The notes under the pieces: model-generated
Database searches by the model: none
The model's input: only the letters and a program-made list of their open reading frames with translations
Told to the model about the DNA's origin: nothing
Source of the DNA: Lama guanicoe
Taxonomy: Eukaryota
Assembly (NCBI GenBank): GCA_013239625.1
Contig: MU054391.1
Span: forward strand, 2,261,130 to 2,325,129
Reading direction: 5' to 3'
DNA: 64,000 nt
Shown here: positions 13,007 through 26,665 of the stretch, one piece after another
How the letters are laid out: every line of letters begins with the position of its first letter
Numbering within the stretch: position 1 is the stretch's first letter
Translations under genes and position numbers: made by a program

Positions 13007-13434
13007 TGTGGCGGTTAATTTTATGTGTCAACTTGGCTGGACCATGGTGCCCAGACATTTGGTGGAACATTATTCTGGAGGTTTCTGCGAGGATGTTTTT
13101 GGACACGATTAACATTTAAATTGGTGAGCTTTGAGTAAAGCAGATTGCACCCCAGAGTGTGGGTAGGTTCCATCCAATCAGTCAAAGGCCTAAATGGAAC
13201 AAAGACTGCCCCCCCCCCCAGCAAGGAGGAATCCTGCCTGCAAACAACACTCAGACATCAGCTGGTCTCCTGGGTTTCTGATCTGCTGGCCCACCCTGCA
13301 GAATTCGGACTTTCCAGTCTCCAAAATCACATGAGCCAATTCCTTAAAAAAGTGATCACTCTCCTCTCTCTCTCTCCCTACATATATGCATATGTTCATT
13401 GGTTTCATTTTTCTGGAGCATCCTGGCTCATATA
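13007..13434 (+). mobile_element. ERVL solo LTR, MLT2 family
   Basis: Begins tgtggcggttaattttatgtgtcaacttggctgg; contains ttgagtaaagcagattgc, catccaatcag, catgagccaattcctt; 5-bp TSD gcatg (13002-13006)/gcacg (13435-13439). Confidence 0.9.
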
Positions 13435-14169
13435 GCACGCCTTAATTATTTCCAAAAACGTGTCCGTGACGAGAACACTGAATTTCTCAAGGCAAACGTC
13501 ACTTTTTGCAGGGTGGAGTGGGGCCGAGGGGGGGATGGTGGTGGGGAGCAGGAGGACATGAAATAAAGCTCCATCCCGAGGGAAAGCAGATCTCCTGTCC
13601 TCGCCGAAGGAAAAGTGCGTGGAATTGAAACTCAAGTTGCTTCCGTTCCTCACAATCCAGTGTGTTGTGACAGCACCACTCACTGAGCCGTGGGTCTTGA
13701 CAAGCCTTCTCCCCGGGGCGGCGGGCGGCTTTTATGACCGGACACCTCTAACTGAACACCCGGCCTAGTTACCAGCAAAAGGGGCCGTTGCCACTTGTCA
13801 ACATTGTTAACAGCTCTGCTCTAGAATGAATTAAAAAAATAAGGGATTCCCATATGAGAGCTATTTGGCAGCCTGCCTGGGAAAGGCAGTTACTGTCTCC
13901 TCAGCCAGGTCTCTGGGCTCCTGCCAGGCCAGATTGCACACTCGATGGGTCGCTCACCTTCACTTCCTCATAAAAGTATTGTCTTGTAGGAATAATGTGT
14001 TCGCAAGTCCTGCCCTTCCAGATAAAACCCCGAGTCAGTTGTCAACGTCTGCTTTTGGTTTATTTGTCTAAATTTGTTACGGAGGCCGAATGACCTCAGT
14101 CAATTCATCTCACCTCCATGCTTTTGACCACAAAACCAGTTCGCTGAGCCCACGAGAGTCAAAAAGGAA

Positions 14170-14330
14170 AAGACGCTGGCATCGCCTTAAGTCACAGGCG
14201 CTCTGGGCGTCCGCACCGCCCACCGCGCACGTCGGACGCGCGCCGCTGAGACGCAGCCGCGCTTCCTCCCGGCTCGGCTCCCACCGTCGGGGGCCGGGAG
14301 GGCCCTGCTCCCTGCGAGGGGATGGTGTGG
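14170..14330. promoter_or_regulatory. Small CpG-rich patch
   Basis: ccgcgcacgtcggacgcgcgccgc and neighbouring CpGs. Confidence 0.4.
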
Positions 14331-14829
14331 AAGTAACAGTATTTGGCTGCGTTTTCCTGGCCTTCAACAGTCTAACTCTGCTGAGTTACTATGGAAAACT
14401 GAGCATGACTGATCAGGTAAAGGCAGTATTTTAAAGGATCTCATTCTCAGTATGTAGGATAAAATGGTGGGAGGTCACATGCTCTAGTGTGTGTGTTTAT
14501 ATAAAGATTAGGATCACCTAGGTCAGTAGGCCCTCAGTTAGCAAAATAGTGCGTCTCTAGATATGAAAATGTAAAGAACTACTTTATATTGTGTCGAAAA
14601 TCCGCATAACAGTGCCACTTAGACCATTTGTTTTCTGGACTAGAGGGAAATAAGCCATCGGTGACCAGAGCAACACGAGGCATTCTTGCTCAGGAGCGGT
14701 TACTCAGGAAGTTATTACCAATGAGTCAGTACGTTACTTTGATCATTTCACAGTATGCTCACCAAGAGAAGAAACACAATAGCCTTTTTATAGTAGTTTT
14801 TAAAAAATGTGCTGATGAAGAGAGTACAG

Positions 14830-15030
14830 GGTTTGCCAGCGGACAGCAAGGATTTGAATGACCACTTTTTCACTGTTGTGCTTACGTGGGTGAAAAGGTC
14901 TCACCTCTCCGAGCCACAGCACCAGCTGTATAATCAAAATGCTACAAGACCTTTAGAAGAAAAATTAAGGAGAAGGATGTATGCAAACCGTCTAGGACTG
15001 TGTCTGGCACAGGTGTGTGTTCAAAGAGCA
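14830..15030 (+). mobile_element. MIR SINE
   Basis: ggatttgaat..tcacctctccgagcc..ctgtataa..aattaaggagaaggatgtatgcaaa..tgtctggcaca colinear with MIR. Confidence 0.6.
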
Positions 15031-18000
15031 TAATTTGCCTGCCCCCTTTCTCCTGAAGCTCAGTTTCCTTGGGCTCAGGGTGCGAGGAGCTCATCCGGGC
15101 ACAAACAGTCTGCGAGGCCCAGAGGTGGGCGCACTGTGGACGCCGCTCTGGGGAAAAGTGCGTGAGGGCCGTGGACCTGTGGCTCAGGTCCCATCCCGTC
15201 CGCCCCCCACCCTGCGGGGTCTGCGAAGATGAGAAAGCCGAAGTCGTATCCAGGGCCTCTCAGATCCTTGTGCAGGTGAGGTGTGGACGCTCCTGCGATG
15301 TGGAAGGCGGCGATGAAGCCACCTCGAGCTGTGTGTGCGCCCCTGGTGGTGGCGGGCCAGCTCCCCGGATCATGGCCGTGACCTGTGCCTTTGAACCTGA
15401 CGGTCTCGGAGGTGGTCTCAGAGGAATGAGGTCACGGTGTGCCTGCTGTTTTCCATGCTGGAAATCATTCCTGAATGCCCACCACCATTTTTTCCAAATC
15501 ATTTTTTGAAGCAAGTTCTAAGACATCATTTCTGTTTAAATCCCGGCAGTGTTTTCTATTTCCTGCACAGAATCTTGAGTGACCCCCAGATGGTCTCTGA
15601 ATACTACTTCTCTGCTGGTTTTCCTGGCCTCTGACGGAATTCCCGTGCAGCTGGGGGAGGGGGTGGGCGGGGAAGGCGCCGGAAACTGAGGGAGGAAACT
15701 GAGTCCAAGCGGCTGCAGGAGGAGGAAGGGGAGAGGACATGACGGCACTGGAAGGGGGCAGAGCCTGGTAACTTCCTGGAGTCAAGAACGTGAGCAACAG
15801 CAATTAGGGCCATTGTCGTGACACAGAAACATGCCATCACTGTCATTTGAGTGAAAAGAATCAAAATTCTTCCCAGATGAACAGAACACTTGAGACTCAG
15901 AGAGAGTTTAGTTCTATTTCTGCAAAACTTATTGCAAAAATGACTGTGATGTTAGAGGCCTAGGCTGAATCCCAAGGTCCCTGGAACTTGGAAGGACCGC
16001 ACACCTTCCGGGATGGCGTGTGTTGGGACCTGGAGGGGGGCTGGGCTGGGTCACTGGTAAGTGTGATGAGGAGCAGCCGGGTAACTAGCTTAGGATTGAC
16101 ATGAATCAATTTGATTTACTTTCTTTTTTCAAGTTTGTTTGGGCAAAATAAAGAAACACCCCTGTTGATTTTTTGAGTTACGCAGTAGGATATTTCACTC
16201 CTTCCTCGACTTATGAATACTCAGCAGCTGCATGGCGTGACCATTCTCAAACATTCCTTGGTGCGGACATACAGAAACATTTGCATTTAATGACACAAAG
16301 TAGACTTTAAGAGAAACGACCAAGAGAAGCCATGGAGAAGACTATGGGATGCATGAAGAAATGCAGAAATAGGAAAACTAAAAATAACACCGCTCTGATG
16401 TTAAGATCTCAGCCAACTTTTCCAATGAGGTTAGAAAACAGATTCTCTTAGCTTTATGGCAGCCATTTCATTATGCTGCTCCCCAAATGACTTTATAAGA
16501 GGAAAGGGCTTTGTGAATTAGATTGTCTTATTACAAAAATTCCAGCAGGATGCATACTCTCGGGAGCCCCTTGTTTTTCTGTAAGTGGTCCTTGACAAGT
16601 GAGCAATGGATGGGCTGGGCGAGATTACATAAGACCCCAACTGAAACTTAAAACACCCAAGTGGCTGTATGCAAGACGACCTCTATACGCACATCTAGGA
16701 CTGCATTCGCAAACAGGAAAGCACATTCTGCAAGCTGGGGCAAAACAACTGCAAACTCAAACTACTATCATGAAAAATATTTAATGTAAAGGAACATGTG
16801 CCCAGAAATCACTAGCTGCTTTCCCTTCAGAATGTCAAGATCATATTGTAACGCACAAGGTTTTGTTTACCAAAGCCCACAGCAGCGTCTTACATATCGA
16901 TGACGAGCAAATATAAATTTCTTCCTATTGGAATTAATACTTACAATAGCTAGTATTTGGTTATTTTTTATAATTTACTACTGTGTGTAAGGCGGCTTTT
17001 TGGCAGGTTAGAGAGCTGAGGGGGTGTTAAATTTTTCTGCATGCCCTTCCTCCCCGTCAGTGAAGCTTTACTTGAGGCTCTGTCTGCTCAGCATTTGCCA
17101 GGTTCTCAGGTGAAGAAGGTACTTATCTGAGGAAGAGCCGCCTTAGGAGTGCGATGCTGTCGGCTCATATACCGCCCTGACAACCACCTCTGAGATTAAG
17201 GGAAGTAGGAAACACATTTTTTTTTTGTCGTTATAGTTATTTGAAGCTTCTGGAATCTCCAGATCAAGAAAGCAAGGGATTTAATTAGTTTCCCCTACAT
17301 GCTCTGCAAGCTAGGACCTTTACTTCTGCTTTCTCAGTTTCCTTTACACAAACTCTGCAGGGACGGGTTTCCCTGTTCATGTCTTGGGGAGGAAGCTGAC
17401 TTAGCAGGGCACGTTGCTCCGTGGCCACATCCTATGCAGCCAAGTCTGCAGCTGGGATCTTTGTCTCTCCTTCCCCTCCTCCGCTGACTCTCAGATCACT
17501 TTTGCTTCTATTTAGTGGAGCTAGAGAGCGTTCAGGGTCAAGCCCGAAGGTTGTTTTGGGAAATACTGGAGGAGGACGAGTGCTAACTTCGCCAGGGCAA
17601 ACGTGGCCACTATAAATCAGTAAACATTTACCTGTGCTAAATCTTCCGTACCATTCGCAGTTTATCACACCCCTAAGAGCTGTTCTGAACTGGCAACTGT
17701 TTAACCACAGCGGTCTGGAAAAAAGTTAGTATTTGCCAGTGTCTATGGTGCAAAGCTGCTCCCATGGCAGACTTCCAGCTCCCAGGCTGACGTCAGGGAA
17801 CGCAGAGCCTGGAAGAGGTGAGCACGGTGGTTCTGGGAGTGTCTGGGAGCTGGGCTCCAGCAAAACTCTGCCCGTAAGGTCTAGTGACCCATCTCACAGG
17901 CGGAGAAAATTGTGAAGCTCAAAACACCGAGCAGCTCTCCGGAGGTCACATGCTGGAAAGTAGCTTTGCTGGGGATGGAAACAAGGACTATCTGATTCCA

Positions 18001-18422
18001 AAGCATTTAAACAGCTCCCGGGATGACGAAGCTGCTCTTGACCGCAGCGAGGAGCTTATGTCCTGATGTGTGTTTTTATCAGCAGATTGCTGACAGAGAC
18101 TGAACAAGAGGGCTTGCTTTTGGCACTGCCCCTCTCATCTAGTGGGTAAAATGTGTGTGGTTTTTGCTTGTGTGTTTTGTTTTGTTTTGTTGCTTTGTTT
18201 TGTTTTATTTTCCTTAAAGGCTGTGGCAATGTCTTCCAGCCAACAGCATCATCATGCAATCTCATGGACGAGGTGTCTACAAGCCTCCTTGGAAATCTAG
18301 GTAAAATACCAGTTTCACAGTGGGAAGCGGCTGCCAGTCCTGGAAGGTGGGCAACCCTGCACAGGTCTTAGGACTCCCCTCCTCTGCCCGGGACACAGAG
18401 CCCACCTCACCCCCGCCATCCT

Positions 18423-18496
18423 GCAGGACTGTGAGCAGACAGGCTGCAGGGATGGGGAGCAGGACTGTGAGCAGACGGGCTGCAGGGATGGGGAGC
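18423..18496. repeat. Tandem duplication, 2 x 36 bp
   Basis: gcaggactgtgagcagac(a/g)ggctgcagggatgggga twice, one mismatch. Confidence 0.95.
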
Positions 18497-19108
18497 GATG
18501 CTGCCACAACACAGCACCTTCAGAGAGGCCACTGTTTCCAGCCAGTATTATTGTCGGAACTGATGCTGTCCCTCTGAGTTCCTGTTGTTGGAAAGGAGCC
18601 TAATGCTTTCTTTCAATCTATTTTTCAGGAAACAGAAAAATACTCAAGTCTTTATTTAAATGAAAAGTGCAGGGTATTTGCAGGGAGTTAATCTCGTTGG
18701 GAAAGGGAAGTCTTTTCCCAGTAGAGACAGAGAGCTGGGCTTCTCTGGGCGAATTTTTCCCCCCGGATTATTTCATATTATTCGATGTTAATACCTTCAG
18801 GTATATGTTGAAACAATTGCCTTAATTAATAAATCCCTATTTTAGTTTTCTCTGCTGTTTACCTCATGGGCTATTTGCTGTGGAATCTGACAGAATTCAC
18901 AGTATAGACACATGAACATAAATCAAGAGAATTAAATGCACGTGGGTACGTGGGCATCTCTCTCTCACACACACTCATGCACACACCCCTACACACAGCA
19001 TGCACACACACCTCTTCTAACTTTGAGATAAAGCCAAAAATACCTGCTTTTAGAAACCACTTCCCACGGTGATTAAGAGGGACCTTTCCTGCTGGCATCA
19101 AAGATGAC

Positions 19109-19503
19109 TGTCCGTCTCTTTCTGGCTTACCACTCATATGTGGAATCTTAAAAAAAAAAAAAAAGGAAAAAGAGGACACTAACGAACTCATCTACAAAAC
19201 AGAAAAAGACTCACAGACAAAAAACAAACTTCTGGTCACCAGCGGGGAGCAGCGGGGGAAGGGATAAATTGGGAGCTCGAGATTTGCGGATACTGACTGG
19301 TACCTACAAAACAGATAAACAAGTTTGTACTGTAAGCCCAGGAAACTGTATTTGATACCTTGTAGGAGCTCACGGTGAAGGAGAATATGAAAACGAATAT
19401 ATGTCTGTTCATGTGTGACTGAAGCCTTGTGCTGTACACCAGGAATTGACACCACGTTATAAACTGACTATACTTCAATTAAAAAAAAAGAGTGAAAAAA
19501 AGA
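19109..19503 (+). mobile_element. 5'-truncated camelid-type L1 3' end with a short inverted 5' piece
   Basis: ccactcatatgtggaatct..gctgtacaccaggaattgacaccacgttataaactgactatacttcaatt plus A-tail; homologous to 52575-52912. Confidence 0.9.
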
Positions 19504-22500
19504 AAAGACGGCCTTGTTGAGGCCCCTGCCTGTGGCTGTCGGAGCGGAGCGGTATGACTCTGGGAACGCAGAACCTAGGATGTGCACTATGGGCTCATTT
19601 AAGCCAGGTTTTGTTTAAAAACAGTCTTTTCCAAAGCGATTTGTAATTCTTTGGCTGAGAATAATGCAGTTTCAGTATAAGTGGGTAGTAGAAGGAAGCA
19701 ATTCAATTCCTTCAAGCAACGGCCTTTTTGAAAAGGAGCTGGGACATAAGGGAAGGGAAATCACGACAGTAGAAGTCAGAAGCGCTCGCGGCCGCTTTTG
19801 CACCGTTGTCAAGTGCCCTGGGCGGGAGGTGTGTGACTTGACATTCCTGGGTCTTAAATCCCACATCTGCTTTCTCATTCTCATTTGTATATACCCACAA
19901 GAATGGGACGTGATACGGGACTCTTTCGTCAAGTAGATTGTGTCATGCAAACTGTAAGTAAATTGAAGACACTCCTACAACTGCTGGTCTCCCGCCGCCA
20001 GACATCCTGACCCTCTGGGGTGAGGGTCTGATCGCCTCCCACCCTTCTGCCCATGCACATGTACTGAAAATTACCCATTCTGTCTCCAGGGCCCTTCCCA
20101 GCCCTGAAATTATACGGCTGCAAAATTAACTCACTCCTCTGAAACCTACAGGAAGATCATTTGATCACCTAGTCGTAATGGCTGTTCCATAATATTCATA
20201 AATGAAGAAGCCTCTCTAATGGTTTTTCACTTTTTATATGACAGCTTCCCCACCTTGGGTGCTTGTGATGTGCCGAATACTTGGCTCATCTCTTCCCTCA
20301 TGTTGTCTCGTTTAAAGTCGTTGAATTGCCACATTAAACGTATGAGGATTTATCATTTCCCTTTCATGGGTGAGGGGGCTAAAGGTAATTAGGTATCACT
20401 GACATTAAGTGGCAGATTCCTACCTGTAGATGGTTACCAGCCATCACACTATTTACCATGTCGATTCTACACAGTGAACTCACTCAAGTCTCTTTGAATT
20501 TAATAGACACACATACATTAATAGAGAACATTAAAGTTCAATCACTTTTCAGTTAAAAGATGTGTTTTAAGGCTTCTATTTGATTTGGACTTATCAAGAA
20601 AGTAATAAATTTGCCCTTCAAGATAGTTAGCTTTTGAAAAATAATGTTTATTTAGTCCCTAGAAAAATCATTCATGCTTTTTACAGAAGAGTTCTATGCC
20701 ACCACAAAGGTAAAAGAAGCTGAAACCCTCATAACCCATCAATTGTGTACTCAGATACCTTTATTTAACGAGATATCATTTAAATTCCAAAACAATTTAG
20801 TTACGTACAAATGTTTGCATTTTATTGTTTTTCTAGTATTAACAAAGTCCTGCCTTCTGTAAGTCACAACTCAGATGATAAAGAAAGGAAATAACCCAGA
20901 TATAAATCAATGGGACGTTTGTTTTGAAAGACACCGAATAAATATTAAGAGGCATCGTGTTACATAGTACTCCAGGCGGGGACCTTATCCCAGACGGGGT
21001 GTGCGCATCATCTGGAAGGTCAGTTTCCTCCTGTCTCCACTGAGGATTGAATGCCTCAGCCCTGAGAACAGTTGTGAGAATTAAATAAGTGTGAGTGCTC
21101 AGTAAGGTCCTGCCTTTTCTCACCCGGAACCCCACCTCTTTCTCATGCTCGTGGGGTGGTAATGTGGGTATACACTTTATACAAAAATATTTTACATTAA
21201 ATAATCTTGCTGTCATCAAACCGAGCACCCTCTGGCCATGACCACTGTGAGCAGGCCGTAGAGGAGAAATACAGAGAAGTCAATGGAAAAAGCAAAGACT
21301 TGGGGTAGCTAATGACCGTGTAATTGAACCTAAGAAGTCGGCCTAGCCGCACCCTGATGAAGTTGTGCGCTTGACACTTGGGTCTCTGGACGAATGGATC
21401 CGTTACGGGAGTTTCTCAGTTTAGCTTATACCCTCTGTGTGAGAGAGAACCATTCTTCATTGCTCTTAAGCTTTGAGATCATTTGAGAAGGGGGAGCTAA
21501 TGGTGGGCAAGCAGAGGTAGGAAGGCGATTTTCCAGAGGAAGTGACCGAGCGAACTGAGGCAGTGGGACAAGGAGTGGTTTGAGGCTTGGCTGGCGGAGA
21601 ACCCTGTGCTGAAACCCCCCCTTGAGCCCTGCGAGGCGGGACCCCACCTTTCAGCTGGGGAGGACGTTACGCTTAAGCATCAGACTTACTTCACTTCCTG
21701 GCAGGGACTGAAATACGGACTTCTGGCTCTAAGTTAAAACCAAAAGGTTTATCTTCTTTTCCACTTTAGAAAGTAAATATAAAGTACACCATCTTATTGC
21801 GTTCTCATTCTACGATTACCGTATTTTCAACAAAAGTAAAGAGAAATGGAAGAGGAGAAAGGTTGGCAAAATGAGTATTTTTGGTCGATGCTAAGCCTGT
21901 CTGTCATTTAAAGGTCACAGAAGGATGAAACTCGATATTGTCCTGAAGGTTCCTTGGGACTTGTCTCTAGGCAGTATGTAAATTTTAACTGTATAAAATT
22001 GACTTATTTTAAATTTAAGATTGACCCAAATGCCATGTGTGTCTGGAAAACATCAGTATGTACACATGGTTAATTTTTATTTATTGAAATTAATTCATGT
22101 TTCTTTCCAAAATTGTTTTCCTTCTCCTCTACAAGCTGCAGACCACGAATCCCTGCTGTCAGGCAATTTTGTACATAAAAGTGTCTAATCTACTGAGTTA
22201 TATACTTTACGTCTTGCAACAATTGAAAAAAAAAACCTAATGGGACCTCAGTACTCACTGACTTCATTTTTCATCCTTTTAACTTGTCTGAAATAGAGTT
22301 GTCGTCCAAACCTAACACATTGTCTTTGAGTTACTTGGGGAGAAAACCTCCAGATGAGATGACATAGAAGCTTGGAACAGGATCAGCTCATGGTCTTTAG
22401 TTTAACCGCACGTTCCCACCAGTCGTGCAGAGTGCCCCCAGGCAGGGCTGGGGAGCCGTTCTGGAGAGGGGCCCTAGGTGCCCAGTTCGGTTTTGCATCT

Positions 22501-25039
22501 TCTTCACCCCATTTAAACAGCTTTTTCACTTCTGCTTAAAATCTCCCTGCTTTGACTTTTCTCTCTCTCTCTCTCTTTTTTTTTCAGTTGTCTCATTTAG
22601 CTTTCAATCACTAGCAGCTTTTATTTTCCTTGCTTTTTAAAGTACTTTGCTGTCTGATCTGGTCAACCAGCATAACTTTTAAAAATTAAGTAATTAATAT
22701 ATTAATGTTTCTTTAGGGTGAATATGGCTAAATCAACAGTGGTTACTGGTTTGATTTCCAGCCCAGAGACCATGATAAAGTCTGTTTCCCTGTGTCACGT
22801 GTGTTGATTAACACATCGCAGAATTGGTCTCCGGGTTTTTACAGCTCGGATAATCGATGAGAAATCGGAGCTCGGGGCTGTGTGATTAAGTCAGCTGGAA
22901 AATGAACGCAGAAATGGGCTCTGTGATTTGATTGGTTTAAAATCTATGAATCTACTTAATCCTTTTGAATTAAACTTGGTGCCCCAAATCCTGTGTTGTC
23001 CACGTCTCTGCAATGCTACGCCTTCAAGGCAGTGTCCTTCTGCAGTCTTTGGAAGACACGATGTGTATGCAGAACACAGCCACCACCAGCCATCCAGGAG
23101 AAAAATGCTTTCTTGTTGCTTGGTGATGTAGGCTGGACATTTTCCTGAACTTTTACTTTCTCAGCTGACCTTCTGATTAACTTCTGTGCCGTAAATAATT
23201 ACAGCTCTGTGGGTGAATACACTGAGATCTGCTGTTAGGATTCACTGGTTCCGTAAACCAGCCACGTCAGGCAGGTTTATGCACAGAGGTTACGCTAAAC
23301 GAGAAAGCCGTCTGATCGCCACATGCTGTACTTTACTACAAGAAGGTGGGTCTCTCCCTGGGAAAAGTACAGCGCTCCCCAGAGTGGCTGCCCTTTAAGG
23401 ACCAGGATGAAGTCTAGCTAGCTGAGTGCTGCACATCGGCTCCAAAATGAACACGTTGCAAAGCAGCACAGGGACAACCGAGTTAGTGTAACGATTTTCT
23501 CCCTCGGTCTTTTCCTCTCCCTCCCTTCCTCCCTCCCTTTCTGTCTCAGTCTCAGTCTCCACCTTTCTCTCTGCCGCCCTCGCCTCCTCGACGTCTGAGT
23601 CATGCAGACTTTCTGTCGTAACTACACAGAACCCCTAATGATGCTGTGGTTTGAGTCGGCTTTTTTTCTTGACTGCTCTTGGATTGATTAGCGGGTGAAA
23701 TCCCGAAATGCGGATTGAATAGTTTTCTTTAAAAATAAATGCGTCGTGCAAATGTTCCTTGCCGATTAATTGTGACTGACTCTTTAAGATGGGATTTAAA
23801 AAAATCGTCTGTCTCTTGAATAAAAGAATAAATTTTAGGCAGGTGCCACCTCAATTATTCTGCCTTGTTCCTTTCGAAAGTGTTTTTTTAAGACCATTTA
23901 TTTGCCTTCACTGCAGCACATTTCTCAGAACACAGCTGCTTCTTCCGAGTAATCATTTAAAACGTTAATGCCTGTCTGTGTATTGCTTATGATTGTACGT
24001 CCACCATATGCAGATTATTTTTGAAATGACAAACCTGAAATGAATCATAAAAATTTGAAAGATCATTTTTACAAACACAGAAAAGTTACGTGTGGAAATA
24101 ATCTCCAAATTGGGGTGCTAGTAAATAATTATGCAAAAGCGTTTAGAACTTTTGTGGAACACGTGTTTTAATGCAAGAAAGAGTTGAGCACAGTTGGGAT
24201 TAAATTAGTGACCTTGTAGCTAATAAACCCACGTTGCTGTGGTGACAGCTTTCACCCTGACAGGGCGTGGTGCTTTATTTTAATCTCAAGAGAAGATGAT
24301 GTTAAGGGGGAAAGCCCACATTTTCCGTTTTGAGTGGTGTTTTGGGGGAGTGGGTGCAGTTTGCCTGAAACACTGAAGAGCAGTGGGCAGCTCTGTGCTG
24401 TGGCAAATTGGCTGAGTTTTGAGATGCTGTAGACATGCTGGCTGTTCATTCTTTACATTAGTTCTCATTTTAATGTGTGTATGTGCAATATTAACTCTCG
24501 ATATGGGAAAATAATTACTTAGTTACAATGACTTTTCCCAAGTCTTCTGTTTGTGTTGGCTTAGGTTGCCACGTATGGTGACATCACCTCCTTGCTCTGT
24601 CTTCCCCTTCTCCTCTCCTCCAAGTACATCACAACCGTAAGCTTTAAAGGAGATTCTTCGTGTTTTTACTGAAAGGAGGGGAAAGAAAGTTTGGAACAAA
24701 TGGCTAGTTATTGAGACGTTAAATAATCATGGTCTATTTTTATAATGAAATATGTCCTCTCTATTAAGAACACTCAGAAAGCTTCATATAATTTGATAGC
24801 TGGATGTGAGCTCCGGGATATTTTGGAAACCAGTCACGCTTTGGATTTATCATGTTTTGGGGTGAAAGCTACGTATGTCAATATACAACCTACTGGTTAA
24901 CAGTGGTTGACTCTGGGGAGGAAACGGAGTCAACAGGGGCAGAGAAGGAGAGAGCTTTTGTTTCCTGTACTTTATTACACTTCTTGGATGCTGTGTCATG
25001 CAGGTGGGTCTCAGACAAACGAAGATGACGCTGTAGGGC

Positions 25040-25225
25040 AGAGTGAGCTAGAGCTTTGCAGTGGGATGTGAGACAGATTTGATTCCTGGCCTCGTCACTC
25101 ACCTGCAAGTGTGACCGTAGATGACTTTTGTATGACTGGTTATCTCAGATGAGTCTTGTGAAAGTTGGATGGTGTGATGGACTTGGAAGCACCTAATGTC
25201 TACGAAGACTGTGGTAAATGCTGCT
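25040..25225 (+). mobile_element. MIR SINE fragment
   Basis: gagctagagctttg..agacagatttgattcctggcctcgtcactcacctgcaagtgtgacc. Confidence 0.55.
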
Positions 25226-26665
25226 CTTTTTGGTCAAGGCCACCGTCAACACGAAAACGAGACCAGGAGTGACGCTGGAGCACGGCCAGTACTCCGGGAA
25301 GGGAGGAGGCTGGCGCTGTACACAGAGGGGCAATTCTCTCCCCATCCAGCATCTTCAGAAATGGGGCTTATTTCAAACCTCAGAGCAGTAGTTGTTAGTG
25401 TCTGTTGTGCCCGAACAAGAGCAGGACTGGAAGCAGTGACTCCAGGTGAGCGTTGTACATGGCAAATTACATGAAAATAACTCAAAGCTCCCATGGAATC
25501 ATCTTCTTTGCTTTACCCCCAAACCTCAGTCCAGATTCAGAGACCCATATAAAAATTGTGACTCTTTATTTACCTGGACAGTAAACCCACAGAGGTGGTT
25601 TTTATTTCTTTCCTTTTTCTGACACATGTGCTAACACATCTATAAAATAAATACCTGTTGGTGATCAATGTCACACAAGGCTCTGAGCCTCTTGGAAGGA
25701 ACTGCCTTGCTTTGCAGCTCTGCGAGCGCCGAGCGTGGCCTCTCCTGTTAGTTCTCGTTACTCTGTCCCTTATTCGTGCAAAATCAAAGGGAAAGGGAAT
25801 GACGTAACTGAGGCACGTAAAGGCAGGTGGCTGGCCCCAGGTCACAGCACTGGAGTGGAAGAGCCAGTGCCCGGCCCGGACGGCCTGCCCCCGCAGCCCC
25901 CGCACGGGCAGCGCCCGAGCCTGCCTGGCGTCTGGACGGCGGAATAAATATGTGGACGACAAGCTGTTAACCTAATTTGTCTTTTGTGTGTTTTTTTATT
26001 TTTGCCAGGATGGAGGGATATTTCCTGATTATATTTCCTTCTTGACATAAGCAGTGTCTTTTTAACAGCGGGGTATGGAATCCACGGGCTGGTTGGACTT
26101 TTCCAAGAAACTCTTGGGAAGTGTTTAAAGAACAGAAATTCCCTCGGTTGCCTATGGTCACGTGTGGCCTGAAGCGTCCTTACGGCAGCAGAACACATAG
26201 TGTGCAGGTGCACCACGTCCCCTGGATTCCAGATTTCAAATTCTGTTCTAAATACTGTTGCCCCTACAAATACATCCTACACTTACTTACAATGATACTG
26301 CATCTGTTACTTAGAAAAATGATAATTACGGGTAAAGAATACGTTTCATAATTTTTTTTATCCCCGAGACTCAGGAGATGCTCGACACTCGCTGGACGAA
26401 TGAATGAGCGACTTAGGAGTGAAAGTCAGAGGGCGCAGGGTGTTCTCTGTGACAGGCACCCATTCTGTCCTGACGACTGATAAATTACTGTGTCAACAGG
26501 AATACTTTTATTTCCTTCCTCCAAAAGTCCAAAACAGTGCGATTTAGGGGACACAGAGAATGGTTCCCAGCCTGGTCCTCTCCTCCTTTCCTATCTCAAT
26601 CCTCTCAAAATCACTTGGAGTCTCAACTTTAATTCTGTATTTACTAGAAAAGAGGAGTTACTATC

